64,000 nucleotides of DNA from the NCBI GenBank assembly GCA_022763365.1, contig JALEGN010000017.1, forward strand, positions 96 to 64,095, written 5' to 3'. Shown here in pieces: positions 17,020-26,801 of the stretch. The notes below the pieces were generated by a model that worked only from the letters and a program-made list of their open reading frames with translations, made no database searches and was not told the origin of the DNA. The position numbers and the translations under genes are program-made. This DNA is from Minisyncoccota bacterium (GTDB lineage: Bacteria; Patescibacteriota; Minisyncoccia; Phycocordibacterales; UBA1006). The first letter of the stretch is position 1; each line of letters starts with the position of its first letter.

Positions 17020-17361
17020 ATGAAGCCATCAGAAGTTACTAATAAACCATGGGGACATTTTAGGCAGTTTACCTTGAACCAGCAAACCACTATTAAAACC
17101 TTGAATGTCAATGCAGGAGAAATTCTCTCCCTTCAAACTCATACAACCCGAGAAGAATATTGGTATGTCCTTGAAGGTCACCCTCAAATTACCCTCGGTG
17201 ACGAAATTTTTGATGCGCAGCCAGGTCAAGAAATTTTTGTTACCCAAGGACAACAACACAGGATTGCAGCACCTACTGACGCTGTGGTTATATTAGAAAT
17301 TGCATATGGACATTTTGATGAAGACGATATCGTGCGCTTAGAAGATAAATATAATCGCTAA
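17020..17361 (+). CDS. Stand-alone type II mannose-6-phosphate isomerase (cupin)
   Basis: KPWG, LSLQTH..REEYW, HRI, EDDIVRLEDKY. Confidence 0.85.
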   Translation: MKPSEVTNKPWGHFRQFTLNQQTTIKTLNVNAGEILSLQTHTTREEYWYVLEGHPQITLGDEIFDAQPGQEIFVTQGQQHRIAAPTDAVVILEIAYGHFDEDDIVRLEDKYNR

Positions 17362-17390
17362 ACTCTTACTAGATAATCACATCATTATTA

Positions 17391-19349
17391 ATGTTTACTA
17401 ACATCTTTTCACAATTTATATCGTGGATACAAAAACTCTTTAGGGTACAACCAGAAGGGTTGTATTTAAACCGCGATATTATTGGAACGGCACGTTTTGA
17501 AAACCAAGTCTATTTTTTCATGCGTCAAGGAAAAGATGTTTTTTTAATGAGTGATACACACCATCGTCATTATCACAGAAAAATTAAGTTCTCCAAAGAC
17601 GTATCTCGTTATACTAATTCGATGAGAGATCTGGATGCTTGTATATTACCAAATGGAGAATATGGATTGGTATGTACTATTACTTTTGGTTCTGGATATA
17701 GAACGCTCTACTTAACATCTGTTGATGGGGTGCATTTTGCTGCATGGTCAATGGTGAGGAGTCCTAATGGTTCACCAACAAAAATCATTGTGCATACTGA
17801 TGGTAATATTGCATTACTAACCTCTATTGATGGAGAAATTTGTTATCGAAAATTAGACCTCGAACACCGGGTTATTGAATATCATGATACCCATCTTAAA
17901 CCTCGTCATGATTCCTTTGACCATAGTCCACTTGCGGTTGTGGCTACTTTTACTATTAATGATGGTGTATTTGTGCTCTACGATACCTCATATCAATTAG
18001 ATGGTTGTGCAACGCATCGTTTTGGAGCAGCACTACTATCTCATGATAATCTTTCGCATACTCATTGGCGTGCTTTTTTCGACGAAGTGCCATTTTGGGA
18101 TTATTTTGCTGACGTAAAAAACCCGCTCCAGCGGCATAATATGTTTACTTTAGGTGGCTACCTTAACAAGGATATGATTAAGGTCTACTTCTACGATACT
18201 CAATCAAAAGATATTTATACTCTTGCTTTACATGAACCCTATTCACGACGTGATCCACATCCTGAAAAAGCTCTTCTTAAAAAATATGTAAACAATCCAA
18301 TTCTTAGACCTAACCCACATCACAGTTGGGAAAACCATACAACCTTTAACCCAACTGCTATTGTAATAGATAATATAACGCATCTTTTGTATCGCGCTGA
18401 AGGATCAGCTGGACTCTCAGTTATTGGATACGGAAAAAGTTATAATGGCGTTACTTTTGATAGATTAGCTGACCCTATTTACGTTCCACGTATGGATTTT
18501 GAAGGAGTGAACGTCGATCCGCGTATTACCAAACTCTTCTCGCGAGGAAGTTATAAGTCTGGATACAATCATTATGAATATCACTCACAACACTCATATG
18601 ATTGGCATGGCGTTGAGGATCCACGTATTACTGAAATAGAAGGGAGACTTTATATTATTTATGCGGCCTATAATGGCTATCAGCAAGCCAGACCAGCAAT
18701 TACTTCAATTACTAAAGAAGATTTTCTTAGTCAAAAATGGAACTGGTCGGTACCACAGCCTATGACTGATGTACCACAATATCATGGACAGGGAAATAAA
18801 AACGTTGTCTTACATCCTGAAAAAGTAAACGGAAAATATATGCTGTATCACCGGATGTGGCCACATATCCGAATTGACTATGTTGATGATTTAGAATTTG
18901 GGCCTAAGAAAAAATATCTTAAAGAACTTGACCGTATCGAAGCCCGCGGAGACTCATGGGATAGTCATAAAATTGCTGTTGCTGCCGCTCCAATAGCTAT
19001 TGATGAAGGATGGTTGTTAATTTACCAAGGAGCAGGATCAAATGATCGTCGGTATAAGGTAGGTGCAATGATTTTAGATAAAGATAATCCGTCTAAAGTG
19101 CTATACCGAAGTAATTATCCAATCATGATACCAAGTCAGTGGTATGAAAATGAACATAAGTTTGGGGTCGCCTATCCTTGCGGAGCAGTTGTACGTGACG
19201 GAATACTCAATGTTTATTATGGTGGATCAGATAAATATGTTTGCTTGGCTCAGGCGCCACTAGAGGAGTTTATAGAAAAACTCAAACAAGATCCTTACAT
19301 CAAACCAGAACTTATTAAGACTAAAAATATTAATGACCTATGTATATAA
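17391..19349 (+). CDS. GH130-family glycoside phosphorylase with degenerate N-terminal domain
   Basis: NPIL, TFNPT, LLYRA, VEDPR, YPCG, YYGGSD. Confidence 0.8.
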   Translation: MFTNIFSQFISWIQKLFRVQPEGLYLNRDIIGTARFENQVYFFMRQGKDVFLMSDTHHRHYHRKIKFSKDVSRYTNSMRDLDACILPNGEYGLVCTITFGSGYRTLYLTSVDGVHFAAWSMVRSPNGSPTKIIVHTDGNIALLTSIDGEICYRKLDLEHRVIEYHDTHLKPRHDSFDHSPLAVVATFTINDGVFVLYDTSYQLDGCATHRFGAALLSHDNLSHTHWRAFFDEVPFWDYFADVKNPLQRHNMFTLGGYLNKDMIKVYFYDTQSKDIYTLALHEPYSRRDPHPEKALLKKYVNNPILRPNPHHSWENHTTFNPTAIVIDNITHLLYRAEGSAGLSVIGYGKSYNGVTFDRLADPIYVPRMDFEGVNVDPRITKLFSRGSYKSGYNHYEYHSQHSYDWHGVEDPRITEIEGRLYIIYAAYNGYQQARPAITSITKEDFLSQKWNWSVPQPMTDVPQYHGQGNKNVVLHPEKVNGKYMLYHRMWPHIRIDYVDDLEFGPKKKYLKELDRIEARGDSWDSHKIAVAAAPIAIDEGWLLIYQGAGSNDRRYKVGAMILDKDNPSKVLYRSNYPIMIPSQWYENEHKFGVAYPCGAVVRDGILNVYYGGSDKYVCLAQAPLEEFIEKLKQDPYIKPELIKTKNINDLCI

Positions 19350-21286
19350 CAAAACGATCAGATCATAATCCCTATATTAGACCAAACGAAGAAAAGCATT
19401 GGATGTCCTATGCTGCTTTTAACTGGTCACCGTGGCATGATACAGAATCTAATACGATTCATGCGTTGTTTCGTGCAATGACACAACCCGACCTGTTATC
19501 AAAAGGTCCCTCATTTTCTGTTTCATCTATTGGATATACAAATAGTAGTGACGAAGAGCATTTCATTAACTACCGGCAGTTTATTTATCCTGAGCATGAA
19601 TGGGAACGTTATGGGTGTGAAGATCCCCGAGTAACTAAAATAGGGGATACCTATTACATTTTCTACACAGCTCTCTCTACCTATCCATTTTCAGCTGAAG
19701 GTATTAAGGTGGCTGTTGCAACCACCAAAGATTTCAAAACGATCGACGAAAAGAAACTTGTTACGCCGTTTAATGCCAAGGCGATGACTTTGTTTCCAAA
19801 AAAAATTAATGGAAAATTTACAGCGCTCTTAACAGTTGATCCAGACAATCCACCGTCAAAAATTGCTTTTATTCAATTTGATACCGAAGAACAGATGTGG
19901 GATCAGGGTTATTGGCACGATTGGTACGCTAATATTGATGATCATATTTTTGATCCACGAAAAAAAGAAGATGATCATTGTGAGATTGGAGCTTCACCAG
20001 TTTGGACAGAACGAGGTTGGTTATTGGTCTATTCACATATTCAAAATTATTTTGAGGAAGATAATCGAATTTTTGGAATCGAAGCATTATTACTTGATCA
20101 TAATGATCCTAAAAAAATTATTGGGCGAACAACCGGTCCAATGCTAGTACCTGAGAAAACCTATGAAAAAGAAGGGCAGATCAAAAATATTGCCTTTCCA
20201 TCAGGAGCCCTTATTCATGATGATCGATTAGATATTTACTATGGTGGTGCTGATTCGGTGTGTTGTATGGCGACGGTGAACTTGGAACATCTTTTAGACT
20301 CGATGAACCCTGAAAAACGTAAAGAACATGTTGTTCGTTACGATAATAATCCTATTCTTTTACCAATTCCAGAAAATGAATGGGAGGCAAAATTGGTCTT
20401 TAATCCAACAACAATTGATATTGGAGAGAAAACCTATATTGTCTATCGAGCGATGTCAGAAGATAATACGTCATATATGGGAGCAGCATTAACGACCGAT
20501 GGTTACACTATTGACGAACGATTCCCTGAACCGATTTATGTTCCACGGATGGATTTTGAAATGAAGAAAACACATCCAACAGGGAACTCAGGCTGTGAAG
20601 ATGGGCGAGCCACCATTATTGGTGATACGATTTACATGTTCTATACCGCCTATAATGGTATCGAGGTGCCAAAGGTGGCATACAGTTCAATTTCAATCGA
20701 AGATTTTGAGAATAAAAATTGGGATGCATGGTCAACGCCACAACTTGTCACACCTGACACGGTAGATGATAAAGATGCCTGTTTACTGACAGAAAAAATT
20801 AAAGGGGAGTATGCTGTGTTCCACCGGGTCGCACATCATATTTGTTTTGATACGGTGCCGTCACTTGATTTCTCAGAATCACGTATTGATAAATGTATTC
20901 CGTTGATTGGTCCACGCTCGGGTATGTGGGATGGATTAAAGGTAGGTATTGCCGGTCCACCAATTAAAACTGACGCTGGATGGCTTCTTTTATACCACGG
21001 AGTTTCAACTGATAAATATTATCGAGTTGGAGCCATGCTTATGGAGTTGGATAATCCTGGAAATATCATTGGACGGACATCAGATTTCATCCTTGAACCT
21101 GAAGAACAATGGGAACTCGAAGGTGAGATTAATCGCGTGGTATTTCCATGTGGTGCTTCAGTGCGAGGAGATGATTTATTAATTTACTATGGAGGAGCTG
21201 ACACGGTTGTTGGGGTTGCAACCACAAAACTCTCATGGCTCCTTAAAACATTGACTTGGCAGCGAGATTCAGATGATTGGTCATAA
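19340..21286 (+). CDS. Tandem double-GH130-domain glycoside phosphorylase
   Basis: Two sets of motifs: AAFN/CEDPR/YYGGAD and VFNP/CEDGR/DDKD/YYGGAD. Confidence 0.88.
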   Translation: MYITKRSDHNPYIRPNEEKHWMSYAAFNWSPWHDTESNTIHALFRAMTQPDLLSKGPSFSVSSIGYTNSSDEEHFINYRQFIYPEHEWERYGCEDPRVTKIGDTYYIFYTALSTYPFSAEGIKVAVATTKDFKTIDEKKLVTPFNAKAMTLFPKKINGKFTALLTVDPDNPPSKIAFIQFDTEEQMWDQGYWHDWYANIDDHIFDPRKKEDDHCEIGASPVWTERGWLLVYSHIQNYFEEDNRIFGIEALLLDHNDPKKIIGRTTGPMLVPEKTYEKEGQIKNIAFPSGALIHDDRLDIYYGGADSVCCMATVNLEHLLDSMNPEKRKEHVVRYDNNPILLPIPENEWEAKLVFNPTTIDIGEKTYIVYRAMSEDNTSYMGAALTTDGYTIDERFPEPIYVPRMDFEMKKTHPTGNSGCEDGRATIIGDTIYMFYTAYNGIEVPKVAYSSISIEDFENKNWDAWSTPQLVTPDTVDDKDACLLTEKIKGEYAVFHRVAHHICFDTVPSLDFSESRIDKCIPLIGPRSGMWDGLKVGIAGPPIKTDAGWLLLYHGVSTDKYYRVGAMLMELDNPGNIIGRTSDFILEPEEQWELEGEINRVVFPCGASVRGDDLLIYYGGADTVVGVATTKLSWLLKTLTWQRDSDDWS

Positions 21287-21314
21287 ATAAAAAAGAGCTA
21301 TAGGCTCTTTTGTT

Positions 21315-21851
21315 TTACATAAAATCTTCTTTAATTTTTAGGGTATGAATGCATCCCAAGGGAATTTCAACGTGGAAATATTCACCTATTTCTTGCGCAC
21401 CGAATTCTGAAATCAAATGAGAATAACGAGAGTGCTGACAGGCACGTTCATCAAAAGTCAAAACAATACCACTCAATTCTTCTCGCTCTTCTTCATTAAC
21501 ATAGTATCTTCTGATAACACTACCGATAGAAACAAAGTTTGCATCAAGGGTATAGTTTTCTTTTTTAAGAAAGCTTGCTTCACTGACTTTACCAATTTCG
21601 GTAATGTGTTGAAGAATATCAATAAAGATTTCAATTTCTTCAATATCATGTACATCAATGATACTGAGAACCTTATGAATGTATTTGATATTACTTTCGT
21701 ATTCACTCATCTCGCCTTTATATGTTTCTTGATAAGGCTCAATCGCAGCTAAGAATTTTTTACCATTGTTATTACCACTGATACTGCGGCAGGGTATGTC
21801 ATTTTCTATTAATGATACAGCTACCGTATCCGGATCAATAATCTTTTTCAT
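21315..21851 (-). CDS. Hypothetical protein
   Basis: 178-aa ORF in the gap between + strand genes. Confidence 0.55.
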   Translation of the reverse strand: MKKIIDPDTVAVSLIENDIPCRSISGNNNGKKFLAAIEPYQETYKGEMSEYESNIKYIHKVLSIIDVHDIEEIEIFIDILQHITEIGKVSEASFLKKENYTLDANFVSIGSVIRRYYVNEEEREELSGIVLTFDERACQHSRYSHLISEFGAQEIGEYFHVEIPLGCIHTLKIKEDFM

Positions 21852-21937
21852 ATAATGTTGTTTATTTAAAATAAATTTTAATAATTTAATTAAATATAGT
21901 CAAATATTGAATGTAAAAGCTATGGTATCCTTAAATC

Positions 21938-22255
21938 ATGGATAAAACTTTTAGTGAACGTGTTATAGATGCAGCTCTTGCTATTCCATCAGGAAAGGTT
22001 GCGACCTACGGCGATATTGCCCGTGTTTGTGGAGGTAGTGGCCAAGCCGCTCGTAGTATCTCTGGTATTTTAGCTCGAGCTGAGAGAAACGGAGTAAAAA
22101 ATATTCCATGGCATAGAATTGTATATAGTGGTGGTAAGGTTTGGTTCCATCACGATTATAATAAGGAAAGGATGAAACTTTATAAACAAGAGGGAATAGA
22201 GGTGAACGAAAAAGGATACATTGAAAACTTTGTTAATGCACGGTATACATTTTAA
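21938..22255 (+). CDS. Alkyltransferase-like protein (ATL, MGMT family)
   Basis: IPSGKVATYGDIA; PWHRI has Trp in place of the catalytic Cys of PCHR. Confidence 0.88.
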   Translation: MDKTFSERVIDAALAIPSGKVATYGDIARVCGGSGQAARSISGILARAERNGVKNIPWHRIVYSGGKVWFHHDYNKERMKLYKQEGIEVNEKGYIENFVNARYTF

Positions 22256-22266
22256 AAAACACCTTC

Positions 22267-22488
22267 TCAGGTGTTTTTTGTTTTTCTTACTTCAGAGTGT
22301 GATTTGAGAACGTGGTCTCCGTCTTCTTGTTGTATGTAATAGGCTGGTTCATTACCATCTGCTTCGTGAGTTACTTTATTCCCTTGAATGGTTTTTGTAA
22401 CTTTTTCCTTGTGGGCTTCTTTAATATTTCCTGATGCGGTCCCCTTACCCCAATCCCAATAAACAGTAGTATCTTTTGAATAATTCAT
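22267..22488 (-). CDS. DUF2945-family small protein
   Basis: VYWDWGKGTASG...EPAYYIQQEDGDHVLKSHSE. Confidence 0.8.
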   Translation of the reverse strand: MNYSKDTTVYWDWGKGTASGNIKEAHKEKVTKTIQGNKVTHEADGNEPAYYIQQEDGDHVLKSHSEVRKTKNT

Positions 22489-22491
22489 ATT

Positions 22492-22695
22492 TTAATTAGT
22501 ACCTGATTCAGGATTAAGTGACTCAGGAACATTTACATTAAGTTCAATTGATCCTGTATCTTGCTCCACATTGTTGTAATAGTACCAAGTCCCTCCAGCA
22601 ATAATAAGGAGAAGGAGGATTGCAACAAACCATCCGGCAGCACCACCTGATGATTCTTTTACAATAGTTGTATGATTTTTACTTTCTTCTGACAT
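22492..22695 (-). CDS. Small single-TM protein
   Basis: SSGGAAGWFVAILLLLIIAGG TM segment. Confidence 0.7.
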   Translation of the reverse strand: MSEESKNHTTIVKESSGGAAGWFVAILLLLIIAGGTWYYYNNVEQDTGSIELNVNVPESLNPESGTN

Positions 22696-22864
22696 ATATA
22701 GTTTTAATAATTAGTTTCTTTTAATAATTTTATTATATACTTATTAACTATAAATTACAAATTGATTTAATTGTACATTTAGTATAATTATGATAGAATA
22801 GAAGTGGTTAGATAATCACGCGCATGATTGTTTAAATTTTATTCGATTAATTTTAAATATTATT

Positions 22865-23011
22865 ATGTTACAGTACGCAATTTACTTTATAATCGCCGCT
22901 CTTATTTTTGGAATTTTTGGATTTACAAAAATTGCTGGTGGTTTTGCCTATATTGCAAAAATCTTATTTGCGATTTTCATTATCCTATTCCTTGTTTCTC
23001 TTATTTTTTAA
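22865..23011 (+). CDS. DUF1328 (YtjA-like) small membrane protein, not in the ORF track
   Basis: Manual translation MLQYAIYFIIAALIFGIFGFTKIAGGFAYIAKILFAIFIILFLVSLIF. Confidence 0.85.
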   Translation: MLQYAIYFIIAALIFGIFGFTKIAGGFAYIAKILFAIFIILFLVSLIF

Positions 23012-23047
23012 TTAAAAATAATTATTCGAAATAATAGAAATATAAAA

Positions 23048-23542
23048 ATGTTTACTCAATCAAAACAAAAATTTAATAATAATACACTCTGTGTTGTATC
23101 ATCAACACATGAAGGGAAATTATTTCACCTTGATAAAAATACATCCCAATTTGTAGATGATATATCAGTTGAATTATTGCCGTATCCCGAAAAACACGGA
23201 CAACTATCAAAAACATCACCTTCAGGAAATCTTCAGAAGACAGGAATGGTGTACGAACGTGATAATGAAGAAGAAATTGCTGAATACATTACCTTAGTAT
23301 CTGAAAAAATCCAAGATTTTGTTAAAAACAATGATGAAGATATTTATCATTTAATTATTATGGCACCAGCATCTATACATAAAAACTTCCAATCAAAAAT
23401 TCTAGATACTTTACATAATATTCACCTAAAAGATATTTATCTAATTGACGGTAATTATTTGAAAATTCCTTTTGATGAAACACTTTCAATTTTAGATGGT
23501 AAGGACTTTGAACAGAATCTTATCGCATCAGAGATAAAATAG
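23048..23542 (+). CDS. Host-attachment/baeRF12-like protein
   Basis: Weak resemblance (HLIIMAPAS, GNYLK); size fits. Confidence 0.45.
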   Translation: MFTQSKQKFNNNTLCVVSSTHEGKLFHLDKNTSQFVDDISVELLPYPEKHGQLSKTSPSGNLQKTGMVYERDNEEEIAEYITLVSEKIQDFVKNNDEDIYHLIIMAPASIHKNFQSKILDTLHNIHLKDIYLIDGNYLKIPFDETLSILDGKDFEQNLIASEIK

Positions 23543-23579
23543 ATTAATCATTATTATTAGCCCTAATTACACAAAAATT

Positions 23580-23834
23580 ATGAAACATACAGATATTCAC
23601 AATGATCCTCAAGAACATATTGATAACGCTAAAAAAGAATTAGAACTAGCAAAAGAGGAACAACAAGAACAGCTTGAAAAAAATATCGAAGATAAAAAAC
23701 AAGATATTAAAAATACCATTGAAGAAAAGAAAGAGGAAACAAAAGAAAAGGTAGAAGATGTGGTCGAATCAACTAAAGAAAAAGTTGATTCAGTGCGACA
23801 GAACATTGCTGATGCTATTGACCCTAATAACTAA
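23580..23834 (+). CDS. Charged coiled-coil general-stress/LEA-like protein
   Basis: K/E-rich ~11-residue periodicity. Confidence 0.55.
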   Translation: MKHTDIHNDPQEHIDNAKKELELAKEEQQEQLEKNIEDKKQDIKNTIEEKKEETKEKVEDVVESTKEKVDSVRQNIADAIDPNN

Positions 23835-23856
23835 TATTTACTATAATTAATATACT

Positions 23857-24648
23857 ATGAATACATATAACTTAAATAATCAAAAAGGAATTGGTGTTGT
23901 AGCCGCAATCGTTATTATTGCCATTATTGGTGTAGGAGGATATGCAGCATACAATGCGACCGTTAATAATCGAACTTCAGTAGATGTTGATGAATCAGCT
24001 GTTATAACGACAACTGAGGCAGAAGCTGATGCTATGATCGAATCAGTAAACGAACTTGAGGCAGATGTTACAGCTGCTCTATCAAGTGTTCGAGCTAATT
24101 TATCATTACGAACTCAAGCTGGAATTAATGCAGCAGTAGAAACCTTAAATGACTTAGAAGCTCAGATTGAATCAGAATCAGCCCAAGTATCAGCTGAAGT
24201 TAAAGCTGAACTGGATCGATTTCGGCGTCGCGTGACTTCAGCTCGAGCAAAGGCAGAAGCTAATATTAGCGCTCAATCAGATGCTACAGCAGCAGAAGTA
24301 GAGGCTGAAGTTGAAGCTATTGTAAATGATATTGAAGAAGTATTTGCAGATATTGAAGCAGATATCGAAGCAATGGTAGAATCTGATAACGACGTAGAGA
24401 CAGAATCTGAAGCTAATAATGAAGGAGTATTCGATGTGAATGTCGACTCAGGAGTTATTATTCTTGGTGATACTGATGATTCAGGTGACAATATGAACGA
24501 AGATTCTATGAATGACTCATCAAATGATGAAGATACTAGCTCCGCTGAAACCTCAGCTGAAGTTAATTCAGAAAGCTCTATGGAAATGAACGACGATGTT
24601 TCTGTTGATTCAGAAACCTCGGCAAATGCAGAATTAGATCTTTACTAA
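23857..24648 (+). CDS. Acidic helical protein with prepilin-like N-terminus
   Basis: NQKG^IGVVAAIVIIAII; A/E/D-rich helices; acidic low-complexity tail. Confidence 0.6.
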   Translation: MNTYNLNNQKGIGVVAAIVIIAIIGVGGYAAYNATVNNRTSVDVDESAVITTTEAEADAMIESVNELEADVTAALSSVRANLSLRTQAGINAAVETLNDLEAQIESESAQVSAEVKAELDRFRRRVTSARAKAEANISAQSDATAAEVEAEVEAIVNDIEEVFADIEADIEAMVESDNDVETESEANNEGVFDVNVDSGVIILGDTDDSGDNMNEDSMNDSSNDEDTSSAETSAEVNSESSMEMNDDVSVDSETSANAELDLY

Positions 24649-24695
24649 AATAATTTAAAAGCCCAAACAATGGGCTTTTGTTATACTTAATATAT

Positions 24696-26027
24696 ATGAC
24701 AACCAAACAACAAGTAAATATTTTTTGGTTTAGACGCGACCTGCGCCTTGATGATAATCATGGTTTATATAAAGCACTTAAAGATGGGCTTCCAGTGATC
24801 CCAGTCTTTATTTTTGATAAAGATATTTTAGATGAACTGCCTGAGGATGACCACCGCGTTAGCTTTATCTACGATAGACTCCAAGAGATGAGAAATGAAC
24901 TTCAAGAAAAATGGGATAGCTCTATAGATTTTAGGTATGGTACACCTGAAAAAATCTGGAAGGAACTCCTTAGTGACTATGATGTAAAATCAGTATTTAC
25001 CAATCACGATTATGAGCCTTATGCAAAAAAACGTGATAAGGAAATTAAAGAACTTCTTGAAAAAGAAGATATTGAATTTTATACTTTTAAAGACCAGGTG
25101 ATTTTTGAAAAAGATGAAGTAGTAAAAGACGATGGTGGCCCTTATGTTGTTTATACACCGTACAAAAATAAATGGCGTGAGAAATTTAATTCTGAACGTG
25201 ATCTTAAAACCTATGACGTAGGTCGTTATGGTCAGAATTTTTACCAAAATACGCGACTACCACAGATTAGCCTTTCTGATATGGGATTTACTCGATCAGA
25301 TATTAAGGCGCCATCATATACTCTTACCGATAATCTTATGGGTGATTACGCTGACACGCGTGATTTTCCTGCCGAAGAAGGTACCTCAAAACTAAGCACT
25401 TACTTACGTTTTGGGCTAGTCAGTGTTCGAAAAATTATGAAACAAGCTTATGAAGGTCCAGGTTATACTTTTATGAACGAGCTTGTTTGGCGTGAATTTT
25501 TCATGCAAATCCTTTGGCATTTTCCGTATACGAAAGACCAAGCTTTTAGAGAAAAATACGATGCTATAGCCTGGCGAAACAATGAGGAAGAGTTTGAAAA
25601 ATGGAAAGAAGGGAAGACGGGTTATCCAATTGTGGATGCAGGCATGCGCGAACTTAACGAAACAGGATATATGCACAATCGCGTTCGTATGATTGTAGCG
25701 AGTTTCCTTACCAAACACCTTCTTATTGACTGGCGTTGGGGAGAACGCTATTTTGCAGAAAAACTCTTCGATTATGAAATGGCATCAAACGTAGGGAACT
25801 GGCAATGGACTGCAGGTTCTGGTGTTGATGCGCAGCCATATTTTAGAGTTTTCAATCCACATACTCAGTTTGAGAAGTTCGATAAAAATCAAGAATACGT
25901 CCGCAAGTGGGTTCCGGAGTATTTCGGCGTTGGCTATGTTTCTGAGATGGTAGATCATAAAGAGGCACGCGAGCGTGCCATCGAAACCTATAAACATTCA
26001 CTCAATGAATATGAAAAAAACAATTAA
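24696..26027 (+). CDS. phrB: Deoxyribodipyrimidine (CPD) photolyase
   Basis: WFRRDLRLDDN, TSKLS, ELVWREF, GYMHNRVRM, NVGNWQW, FRVFNP. Confidence 0.93.
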   Translation: MTTKQQVNIFWFRRDLRLDDNHGLYKALKDGLPVIPVFIFDKDILDELPEDDHRVSFIYDRLQEMRNELQEKWDSSIDFRYGTPEKIWKELLSDYDVKSVFTNHDYEPYAKKRDKEIKELLEKEDIEFYTFKDQVIFEKDEVVKDDGGPYVVYTPYKNKWREKFNSERDLKTYDVGRYGQNFYQNTRLPQISLSDMGFTRSDIKAPSYTLTDNLMGDYADTRDFPAEEGTSKLSTYLRFGLVSVRKIMKQAYEGPGYTFMNELVWREFFMQILWHFPYTKDQAFREKYDAIAWRNNEEEFEKWKEGKTGYPIVDAGMRELNETGYMHNRVRMIVASFLTKHLLIDWRWGERYFAEKLFDYEMASNVGNWQWTAGSGVDAQPYFRVFNPHTQFEKFDKNQEYVRKWVPEYFGVGYVSEMVDHKEARERAIETYKHSLNEYEKNN

Positions 26028-26625
26028 TATCACCAAAAAAATTTTCCTCTTTGGTGTGGCTGGGATTATCTTATGGAATGCTGTCGTTATTGTCATTTCA
26101 GAAATATATACACTCAGGAAAAATCAAAATATAAATACCGCACTTGTTTTAGGTGCTGGTGTTTTAGATGACGGCTCAATGTCACCCTATTTAGAAGATC
26201 GCGTAAATGCAGCTATAGCACTCTACGATAATGAACAAATCGAAAATATTTTAGTTTCAGGTGATAATTCACGTAATACCTATAATGAGGTAGAGCCTGT
26301 CAAAGACTATTTACTTCGACAAGGGGTATTTTCAGGTGATATTTACCTTGATCATGCTGGGTTCGATACCTATGATAGCCTTTATCGAGCTAAACATATT
26401 TTTGGACAAGAGGAAATTGTCATTATTTCACAAGATTACCATATACCTCGTGCAGTGATGATTGGACGCATGCTTGGCATCAAAACCTATGGATATCCAT
26501 CAGAGGAATATAATGGAACGATTAAATATCGTATTCGTGAAATCGCAGCTCGCGTCAAAATTATTTATGATTTTATATTTCTTAATGATCCGGAATTTAG
26601 AGGTGAGAAAATAGAGATAGAATAA
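26011..26625 (+). CDS. sanA: SanA/YdcF-family protein
   Basis: LVLGAG, LVSGDNS...YNE, DHAGFDTYDS, SQDYHIPRA, RE. Confidence 0.85.
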   Translation: MKKTINITKKIFLFGVAGIILWNAVVIVISEIYTLRKNQNINTALVLGAGVLDDGSMSPYLEDRVNAAIALYDNEQIENILVSGDNSRNTYNEVEPVKDYLLRQGVFSGDIYLDHAGFDTYDSLYRAKHIFGQEEIVIISQDYHIPRAVMIGRMLGIKTYGYPSEEYNGTIKYRIREIAARVKIIYDFIFLNDPEFRGEKIEIE

Positions 26626-26632
26626 AAACCTC

Positions 26633-26797
26633 TTAAGAGGTTTTTTGTTTACGGCATTTTTCTGAACAGTATTTTATGTCGTCCCAGATACCACGCGATG
26701 ACCATCTTTTACGATTATAAAAAATACGATTACATGTAGGACATATCTTTGATTCTTTAGTATGGGCTATAATATTTTTCTTCCGTTTATCAGGCAT
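26633..26797 (-). CDS. DUF2256-family small Cys protein, not in the ORF track
   Basis: Manual translation MPDKRKKNIIAHTKESKICPTCNRIFYNRKRWSSRGIWDDIKYCSEKCRKQKTS; directly downstream of the cryptochrome/photolyase gene. Confidence 0.85.
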   Translation of the reverse strand: MPDKRKKNIIAHTKESKICPTCNRIFYNRKRWSSRGIWDDIKYCSEKCRKQKTS

Positions 26798-26801
26798 GAT
26801 T

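Noticed and set aside
22828-23034. 68-aa ORF from the track
   Set aside because: An alternative frame (22865..23011) gives a clear DUF1328 protein.
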